From NCBI GenBank assembly GCA_041577295.1, contig JBFGJG010000047.1, positions 1 through 33,336 of the forward strand: DNA of 33,336 bases, read 5' to 3'. Below, piece by piece: positions 18,291 through 25,116 of this stretch. Every line of letters starts with the position of its first letter. Positions within the stretch are counted from its first letter, which is position 1. Both the position numbers and the translations under genes were made by a program. Source of the DNA: Gemmatimonadales bacterium (GTDB taxonomy: Bacteria > Gemmatimonadota > Gemmatimonadetes > Gemmatimonadales > GWC2-71-9). Under the pieces are notes generated by a model, which saw nothing but the letters and a program-made list of their open reading frames with translations, did no database searches and was not told where the DNA came from.

Positions 18291-19004
18291 ATGATCAACT
18301 CCGGATCCCGCGTCCGACCCACCCCCGGGGCACGCCCGGACCAGTCGCACCGCGTCTTGGGATTCAGCGTGCACGAGCTCGATCCCACGCCACCGTCGCC
18401 GCACGATTTGTTACGGGTGATCAATCGGTGCGTGGGCTCGCCGTTCGTGAGGATCGAGAGCACGCTGTATGAGGCGGACCTGTCTCAACCACTGCCTCAC
18501 ATCGAGACTGCCGTGCCGGTGAAAATCCATCAGGCCTCACCATCGGAAGCGAAGATCCTTGCGCGCGTCCGCTTTCCCAACGATTGCATCCAAGCCGCCA
18601 TCAAGCAGCGGGAGTTCGCAACCCGGTTCGAGAATGGTGATGTGTGCATCGTGGGAAGCGTGAACGACTTGCCCGTGAGCTATGTGTGGGTGACCTGCAA
18701 GGATTGGTACGATCCCGAGCTCGAGTTCACGATCCCAGTGGCCGAGCATCAGTGTTTGGGCTACGAGGCTTACACGGATCCGCCGGCACGACGGCAAGGC
18801 ATCCGACTCCTTCTCCAGGTCGAGGAACGCCGGCTGGGCATCGAGCTTGGCAAGAGGTCCCTCCTCTTCGAGCTCCACGGCAAGGCGGCACCGCTCGCCA
18901 TCCAGAAGTGGACACCGCTCGGCATCACCCAGCGGCCCATCGGCCACCACACGACGTACAAGCTCTTTCGGCGAATCAAGTTCACGAAAGTCAAGCAGCA
19001 GTAA
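18291..19004 (+). CDS. GNAT-fold protein
   Basis: YEAYTDPPARRQGI matches the R/Q-x-x-G acetyl-CoA loop; start reset to ATG 18291 after the upstream stop. Confidence 0.65.
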   Translation: MINSGSRVRPTPGARPDQSHRVLGFSVHELDPTPPSPHDLLRVINRCVGSPFVRIESTLYEADLSQPLPHIETAVPVKIHQASPSEAKILARVRFPNDCIQAAIKQREFATRFENGDVCIVGSVNDLPVSYVWVTCKDWYDPELEFTIPVAEHQCLGYEAYTDPPARRQGIRLLLQVEERRLGIELGKRSLLFELHGKAAPLAIQKWTPLGITQRPIGHHTTYKLFRRIKFTKVKQQ

Positions 19005-19120
19005 GCAGTAAACAAACAAGCCATAAATCGTAAACGGGAACGAACAGGGCGGAGCGACCGGCCGCGAGCGCTCACTCTTGCGTCTCTGCTTACTGCTTAC
19101 TGCTAACTGCTAACTGCTGC
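18995..19120. repeat. Inverted pair of GCAGT(A/T)A heptamer tandem repeats between convergent genes
   Basis: + GCAGCAGTAAGCAGTAA from 18995; - GCAGCAGTTAGCAGTTAGCAGTAAGCAGTAAGCAG at 19120-19086. Confidence 0.85.
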
Positions 19121-20647
19121 TCAACCCCGCAGCGTGGCCATGGCCCGTCGCGGTGACCGGAGCGCCCGCTTCACGAACGCGCGGTCCGCGTTGGTGAGAA
19201 TGTTGAGGGACCACACGCCTCCGAAGTAAACCACCAGCAATCCACCGCGGATCAGCACGGACATGGGAAGGGTCGTCTCCGGGGTAAACTGGGCCGCCAC
19301 GCACACCACGATCGCCACGAACATCAAGCGGTTTACCGGACCCCAGTTGTACTTCACGTACCACAGCTTCTGCGACCAGTGATACGTCAGGACCTGACGG
19401 ACCACGAAGGCAATGACGGTCGCGATTGCGGCTCCCCAGCCGTGATACTTGGGAATGAGCAACACGTACCCCACGACGGACACCGCGGCCGCCACCCAGT
19501 TCGCGATCGAGTAGAGTTGGGTCTTCTCGACAATGAAGATCCCGAGGTTGTGAAATCGGGTCCACGCGTGAAGCAGATAGGCCACGAGCAGAATAGGTAC
19601 GAGCGCCGCCGCAGCGTGGAACGACGGATCCGCCATCACCCGGAGCAGATCCTTTGTGAACAGTGCGATTCCCACCCCGATAGTCACGAGCAGCAGGTTC
19701 ATGTACACAAACACCCGCCCGTAGATCGCGTCACGGTCGGGACGCTTGGCGATCTCGAACCGCATCGGATCCCACACGCGTGCGAAGGGGGAATACCCGA
19801 TCACGACGAGGATGAATCCAAACGTGTAAGCCAGCGAGTAGATGCCCACCGCCGACGTATCGGCCGCGCGGTTGAGGATATACCGATCGCCAAACGTCAG
19901 CACGAACGTCGCGATTTGCATGTGCACGAGCGGCAGCCCAAAGCGGAACAGATCCGAGAACGCGCTCTTCGAGAACCGTCGTCCTACGTGGTAGACGAGG
20001 AAACTGGCGAGGAAAACCCCAAATACCGAATTCGCAATGAGCGTGCTCAACAGCACGCCGGCTGCACCCATGCCCATCGGGATGAGAAAGATGACGTTGA
20101 GGATCGCCTGGAAGATCAGCTTTCCGATGCTCAGCTGGACGAACAGCTTAGAACGGTGGCTGAGCATGATGTAAGAGAAGGGCACGTGCACGAGCCCTTC
20201 GAATGCGAGGCTGGCGCACCCCAACCGCACCAGCAGCACCGGCAGATCTCCCTGCCAGCCAAACACCACGAGCGCCACCGTAGGCGCGAAGATGAAGATG
20301 AGCGATCCAACGATCCCAAAGCTCACGGTCAGGATCATGAGCGCCGTGGACAACACGGCTTTCTTGTCCAGCGGGTCCTTGGCCTTGTGATAGAAGCGGT
20401 AGATCCCCCACCCAATCCGCGAGCCCGCCGCGATCGACGCGATCTCCAACGTCAGAAAGATCAGTTGAAGGGCGCCGTAGTCCGCCGGCGTCATGAACCG
20501 CGTATAGACGGGCAGCATGAGGATCGACAGTGCCCGTTGGGCAATGACCCCCAAGCCGTATATCAATGTGTGCCGGCCAATCCGGCCCATGCGGAACTCG
20601 TCGGTTTGGACCGGCGCCTCCGCTTCAGTTACGACGCCCGTGCTCAC
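19121..20647 (-). CDS. wzx: Polysaccharide flippase (Wzx/MOP superfamily)
   Basis: 508 aa polytopic; LPVYTRFMTPADYG, FGLPL, DRYIL, VGIYSLAY, WGAAIAT. Confidence 0.88.
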   Translation of the reverse strand: MSTGVVTEAEAPVQTDEFRMGRIGRHTLIYGLGVIAQRALSILMLPVYTRFMTPADYGALQLIFLTLEIASIAAGSRIGWGIYRFYHKAKDPLDKKAVLSTALMILTVSFGIVGSLIFIFAPTVALVVFGWQGDLPVLLVRLGCASLAFEGLVHVPFSYIMLSHRSKLFVQLSIGKLIFQAILNVIFLIPMGMGAAGVLLSTLIANSVFGVFLASFLVYHVGRRFSKSAFSDLFRFGLPLVHMQIATFVLTFGDRYILNRAADTSAVGIYSLAYTFGFILVVIGYSPFARVWDPMRFEIAKRPDRDAIYGRVFVYMNLLLVTIGVGIALFTKDLLRVMADPSFHAAAALVPILLVAYLLHAWTRFHNLGIFIVEKTQLYSIANWVAAAVSVVGYVLLIPKYHGWGAAIATVIAFVVRQVLTYHWSQKLWYVKYNWGPVNRLMFVAIVVCVAAQFTPETTLPMSVLIRGGLLVVYFGGVWSLNILTNADRAFVKRALRSPRRAMATLRG

Positions 20648-20692
20648 GTTCGGGTGCCGCTGGCAAACACCGTCTGAAACAGCGTCAAGCCG

Positions 20693-21820
20693 TCACTCTC
20701 CCGCGTTCCCAACGCGTTTTCGTTGTTCACGCCAATACCTCAGGTGCGCACGCCACCGCTTCAAACGGTACTGGCCACGGAGCCACCATCCCTTCAACCC
20801 GGGACGGAACACGACCCACTCGTAGCACATCCGCTGGTGGTCGGTCCACCGCATCTTGTAGTTCTCTTCACCGCGCATAAAATCGAAGCGGGTGTAACCC
20901 TGCTCGATCGCACGCCGGATCATCATGTTCATCAGGATGATCCCAACGCTTTTGCGCTCCCACTCCGGATCGCGACCCGCCTGATAGAAGTAGACGGTGC
21001 GATCCCATGCGAAGCCGTACCACGCGGCAGCAGGTACGCCATCCACGTTGAGCGTGAACAGCCAAAGCTTGCCGAGGTCTGCCAACCGTTTGGCGAACGC
21101 CCGGTGCAGGTCCACACCGGCACCTTGGAACGCACTGCCGTCTTCCCACCGTAGCCCATGCAATCGCAGCAGGTGCTCCCACCCCTCGTCGAACCGCTCG
21201 GCTCCGTACTCGACCAGCTCTACATCGTGCTCCCGGGCCAGCTTCCGCTCCTTGCGTCGGAACGTCTGCCGCCGTGTTGAGGAGAGGGTCGACAGGTAGT
21301 CATCCCAGCTCGCGGGAAGATCGAGATACGGGCAACCCCACAGCAGGCGGTGCCGTACTCGGTAGCCACGCTCCTGAAACGCCGTTAGCAGGGCACGCAT
21401 GTTCGGCGCCTCCTGCGCGACATTGGGAAACACCATCACGTCCCACGGAAGCGCCTCGAGCCCGGGAACCAGCTCGTCGATCGGCATCTCACCATGCGCG
21501 AGCAAGTCGAGATGATCCGGTGCGCCGATATCGCGACTCGGCCAGGTCAACGTCTTCGCATGCGCGAGCGGCCCAAATCGCATCCGCCGCACGGTCACCG
21601 GACACACTGCCCCGAAGCCCTTCCCCGCCCGCTCGAGCGCGACGATCTCGCTGTGCTCGACGTCCACCTCGCTGGCAACGTCCGCCCAGGCGCGATACCA
21701 CGTCCAACTCATGAACGGCGAGCGCTGCCGACCGTTTGCCGAGGGACAATCCCACGCCTCACGGCCCGTCGCGAGCGCATCCGCCAAAGGCATCCGAATC
21801 AGAGAGTTTGCTCCCAACAT
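20693..21820 (-). CDS. GNAT acyltransferase, CelD/BcsL-like
   Basis: PFMSWTWYRAW, CPYLDLPASWDDY, YQAGRDPEW..KSVG, FDFMRGEENYKMRW; start reset to ATG 21820 after a GGAGG RBS. Confidence 0.87.
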   Translation of the reverse strand: MLGANSLIRMPLADALATGREAWDCPSANGRQRSPFMSWTWYRAWADVASEVDVEHSEIVALERAGKGFGAVCPVTVRRMRFGPLAHAKTLTWPSRDIGAPDHLDLLAHGEMPIDELVPGLEALPWDVMVFPNVAQEAPNMRALLTAFQERGYRVRHRLLWGCPYLDLPASWDDYLSTLSSTRRQTFRRKERKLAREHDVELVEYGAERFDEGWEHLLRLHGLRWEDGSAFQGAGVDLHRAFAKRLADLGKLWLFTLNVDGVPAAAWYGFAWDRTVYFYQAGRDPEWERKSVGIILMNMMIRRAIEQGYTRFDFMRGEENYKMRWTDHQRMCYEWVVFRPGLKGWWLRGQYRLKRWRAHLRYWREQRKRVGNAGE

Positions 21821-21878
21821 GTCGCCTCCCCCGTTGGGAAGGACTGAGCCGCTTCTGACACCGCCGGATGTTGATATA

Positions 21879-21903
21879 TAAGTCATTGAACTACAATCAC
21901 TTA
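21879..21903. promoter_or_regulatory. AT-rich IHF-like inverted site
   Basis: TAAGTCATTG-aacta-CAATCACTTA, 9/10 inverted repeat; each half resembles WATCAA-N4-TTR. Confidence 0.45.
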
Positions 21904-22040
21904 CATGAAAAAGCGCCGCACACCGTCAGGGCGGCGACACTCATCGATGTTGGGGCTACGCAACAGTTTTCCCCTTTTCAGTTGAATCCCGCCTCGTCCG
22001 CCCATCCCACCAAATGCCGCCAGTCCCACCAATCCCGCTT

Positions 22041-23081
22041 CTACGGTATGTACTTCACGATCCTCGGCCCCAACCGGGTCGTCAGCGCCAAGGGCAAACG
22101 CTGCCAGATCCGCGGACCCCAGCTCAACGCGCCCTGATCGGGCGATGGTGTCGATACGCCGAGCCGCGCGCCGGCCTGGTACCACCAGAGCTGCTGCTCG
22201 CGCGAACCCCATTGCAGCTTGAAGCGATGCGTCCCGCCACCCGGTGTGCAACGGCCGAAGTTGAACACGCGGAGATTTTCACCAATACACTGCTCGATGA
22301 AGCGCCAGTACAGCAGCATGTTCGGCGCCATGCGACTGTGCGACTTGAGCGAGGAAGCCCACGTCATCTCAAACTCATCGCTCCACTGGAATCCGCACCC
22401 CGCGGCAACCGGCTTGCCCTGATGATATGTGCATCCGAACCAGACATCGTTTGCAAAGACGTCGCCGAGCACTTCAAAAAATTTCTTCGGCAAGGACGGT
22501 GTCCCCAGGTCACGCATGTGGCGCGAAAAGACGTCGTAGAACGGCTCGATCTCCTCGAGCCCAAACCGCACCGTCATTCCCTCTTTCTGCGGACGACGAA
22601 TCTGACTGCGCACTTTGGACTTGAGATTCTTCCACAGGATATCGGGATCACCGTCCGGCAGATCGAGCAGCACGGTGATCTTGCGATGGGAAACGGGAAG
22701 CGTGAGGTCGAGCTCTCGCCGGCTGCGCAGCTCGAGCAGCTTCACTCCCTGCTCGCGCGCCAGCCGCACGGCGTGATCGCTCAGCATGCTCACCGCCTCG
22801 CGACATCCCAGCGGACCGCCATAGTTCACAAACGGCATCGACACGAGGTAATCGCCAAACACCAGGCTCTTCACCCGTACGAGGGGTAACACGCCGTGTA
22901 TCGATTGATGATCGTCACGCGCGACGAGCGAGAGACACTCGTGGCCAAAGACCTCCTCGATGACTTGGCGCCAACCGGATAGATGAAAGTGCGTCCACCC
23001 CTCGCTTGCCCGCACGAACCCATCCCATTCTGTCGGTGAGGCGTCCGTTGCAATCGCGTGCACCGCGACGGCGGACGTCAT
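22041..23081 (-). CDS. FemAB-related protein, XrtA/PEP-CTERM system-associated type
   Basis: LVSMPFVNYGG, LELR, RSQIRRPQKEG, MRDLGTP, APNMLLYW, FNFGRCT..GTHRFKLQWG; ATG 23081 overlaps the deacetylase stop. Confidence 0.88.
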   Translation of the reverse strand: MTSAVAVHAIATDASPTEWDGFVRASEGWTHFHLSGWRQVIEEVFGHECLSLVARDDHQSIHGVLPLVRVKSLVFGDYLVSMPFVNYGGPLGCREAVSMLSDHAVRLAREQGVKLLELRSRRELDLTLPVSHRKITVLLDLPDGDPDILWKNLKSKVRSQIRRPQKEGMTVRFGLEEIEPFYDVFSRHMRDLGTPSLPKKFFEVLGDVFANDVWFGCTYHQGKPVAAGCGFQWSDEFEMTWASSLKSHSRMAPNMLLYWRFIEQCIGENLRVFNFGRCTPGGGTHRFKLQWGSREQQLWWYQAGARLGVSTPSPDQGALSWGPRIWQRLPLALTTRLGPRIVKYIP

Positions 23082-23911
23082 CCGACGACCGCCTCCTTGT
23101 GGCTCACGGCGGTAAACGAGAACTCGGCGAGCAGACGTTTGAGACGCGGAATGGTACGGCGCAACCCGCCGTAATGCCTGACTCGTGTAAGCCACGAGAC
23201 CGGCAGGCGTGGTTGGTCCGCATCCAGCTCCCACGGATGGATATAGAAAGTGCCGGGAACCCCGCGCCTGTGACACTCGGCGAGGGCGGTACGCACCAAC
23301 CGATACGGGAAGAGCCGGAAGTAGGCTCCGCCTGCTGCGGGAAGGTTGTTACCGAGCCGCCGTAACGTCGTTGGTGGAATCTCCAGAATGCGACCGGCTG
23401 GGCGCTCCAACCAGTGCGGATCCCGCTGACCGTTCAGATAGCCATATCCCCTACGGCGAACGGGAAAAAGGCTCGAGTCGTAGCGGTACCCCTCCTCGAT
23501 CAAAATGTCGAGCGCCCATTCGCGCCCGGGCACGATGGAGAAGCTCGGTGCGCGAAAGCCGAGCACGGGTGCTCCCGCTTGTTGTTCGAGTAGGTCTTTC
23601 GAGCAACGCACCGATTCGCGGAACTCTTCCGCCGTCTGGTGCGTCACGCGCTTGTGATCCCAGCCATGTGAAGCCACCTCGTGACCGGCACCCGCGATTT
23701 CCCGCACCAACTGTGGGTGCTGGTCCGCCAGCCATCCGAGCACGAAGAATGTCCCGCGCGCATTATTGGTCTCCAGCAACTCCAGCAGCCGATCGATACC
23801 CTTGCGCACTCGGCTCTCGAAATCCGCCCACGAATCCCGTGAGACATAGGGCTCGAGTGCCGAGACCTGGAAGTACTCCTCGACGTCCACCGTGAAGTAG
23901 TGCGCAGTCAT
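23078..23911 (-). CDS. Polysaccharide deacetylase, XrtA/PEP-CTERM system-associated type
   Basis: FTVDVEEYFQV, TFFVLGW, HEVASHGWDH, GFRAPSFS, YDSS, GGAYFRL, YIHPWELD; start reset to ATG 23911. Confidence 0.92.
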   Translation of the reverse strand: MTAHYFTVDVEEYFQVSALEPYVSRDSWADFESRVRKGIDRLLELLETNNARGTFFVLGWLADQHPQLVREIAGAGHEVASHGWDHKRVTHQTAEEFRESVRCSKDLLEQQAGAPVLGFRAPSFSIVPGREWALDILIEEGYRYDSSLFPVRRRGYGYLNGQRDPHWLERPAGRILEIPPTTLRRLGNNLPAAGGAYFRLFPYRLVRTALAECHRRGVPGTFYIHPWELDADQPRLPVSWLTRVRHYGGLRRTIPRLKRLLAEFSFTAVSHKEAVVG

Positions 23912-23927
23912 ATCCGGGCCCCTGGTG

Positions 23928-23943
23928 CGCAATGGACGTGCCC
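23928..23943 (-). promoter_or_regulatory. Putative sigma-54 promoter for the deacetylase-FemAB unit
   Basis: Minus strand GGGCACGTCCATTGCG: GGCACG and TTGC boxes, exact GG-N10-GC. Confidence 0.7.
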
Positions 23944-23953
23944 GGACAACAGG

Positions 23954-24124
23954 GGGAAAAGGGAAACTTGGAATGGGAAACGGCAGGTCGGCGGAACGAC
24001 GGTGGCAGAAACCGTTGCAGCAACGCAACACAGAGTGGCCACTTGCCTCGCTCCCCAAAAACAATCCCCGGGCTCTTCACCCGGGGATGGTCGCCAGCGT
24101 TCCGTTTCCCGTCTCCCGTTTCCC
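23954..24124. repeat. Inverted pair of GGGAAAC heptamer tandem repeats
   Basis: GGGAAAA GGGAAAC TTGGAAT GGGAAAC (23954-23981) facing GTTTCCC GTCTCCC GTTTCCC (24104-24124). Confidence 0.75.
24057..24088 (-). terminator. Intrinsic terminator of the TonB receptor-lipoprotein operon
   Basis: ATCCCCGGG-7 nt-CCCGGGGAT perfect 9-bp stem (24064-24088) followed on the minus strand by TGTTTTT. Confidence 0.72.
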
Positions 24125-25116
24125 TAATTGACAATCACATCCGCATTCGCCCGCGGCTTGAGGTTCCAGGGACCACTGGTAGCCGAGGAGATCAGGAGCC
24201 CGGTGACGTTAAGGACTGCACCGGGTCGGAAGCGCGACCGCATGAGGGGGAATGTCAGGTCCTGATCGAACACCACGTTGAGCGGTCCGGTCCCGTCGTC
24301 GACGGTGGCGACGTAGTCGCCGCCGAGTGCCGTGGTCGTGTCGGTGATCACCGCGCCGTTTACGAGCACGAGCGCCGCATCGAGCCTGCCGCCATCGGCA
24401 AGCGCGGCGACGGAGGACGATGTTTGCGAAGGCTGTGGAACCACACCGCCACCGATGCCGAACACGCGCACGCCGCTGAGTGTTGGTTGCCCGTTCCCCG
24501 TCGCGCGGCTTCCTAGGAAGCGCGCGCTGTCACCCTGGGCCACCGCATTCTGAACACCGGTGAGGCGAATGAACGCCGTGCCGTCCCAGATGTGCACCGT
24601 ATTGTCGCCAAAGGTCTCCCGCCCGTTCAGCGCCACGGCGTGCACAAACACCTTGGTGCCTGCGGCCAGGCTGCGTGCCACGGATGCCGAAACCGTCGGG
24701 AAGGTGATGGCAACGTTTGCCGTGGCCGAATCATCGGGGCTGAGCGCGATCGACGTGACATCGACCCCGCCCAACGTGAGGCTGTCGTCGAGCGTCGTCG
24801 CGTCGACGCCAATGGCGTAGCTACCGACCGGAACCTCCGAGAACAGGAACAGTCCGTCTGCACTGGTCGTGTGCTCGGCGACGACCTCACGCGATCCCTT
24901 GGCAAGAAGCTGAACACCGACACTGCTCAGTGGTGCGTCGGACGCACCCTCGAACGCGTTGCTCCCGTTCGCGTCGAAGTACGCCAACCCCGCCACCACC
25001 CCCTCGGACTCGATCGACAGTACGCGATTGGAACCCGCGTTTTCACAGCCCATGAGCCCCAGCGCACCCACAGCCACAATCGCAACGAGGAACCTTCTAT
25101 CCCTTATGTTACTCAT
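24124..25116 (-). CDS. Lipoprotein with an SdrD-B/Cna-B-like domain and possible OB-fold-like repeats
   Basis: Signal peptide with lipobox LMGC; GLAYFDANGSN...TSADGLFLFSEVPVGSY; beta-rich C-terminus (VDDGTG, LKPR..AD). Confidence 0.7.
   Translation of the reverse strand: MSNIRDRRFLVAIVAVGALGLMGCENAGSNRVLSIESEGVVAGLAYFDANGSNAFEGASDAPLSSVGVQLLAKGSREVVAEHTTSADGLFLFSEVPVGSYAIGVDATTLDDSLTLGGVDVTSIALSPDDSATANVAITFPTVSASVARSLAAGTKVFVHAVALNGRETFGDNTVHIWDGTAFIRLTGVQNAVAQGDSARFLGSRATGNGQPTLSGVRVFGIGGGVVPQPSQTSSSVAALADGGRLDAALVLVNGAVITDTTTALGGDYVATVDDGTGPLNVVFDQDLTFPLMRSRFRPGAVLNVTGLLISSATSGPWNLKPRANADVIVN

Noticed and set aside
18995..19120. CRISPR array (also considered for the other repeat clusters)
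   Set aside because: Units are 7-9 bp with no spacers, and there are no cas genes.
24003..24019. TGGCAGAAACCGTTGCA as a sigma-54 promoter
   Set aside because: GG-to-GC spacing is 11 rather than 10, and it points away from any gene start.
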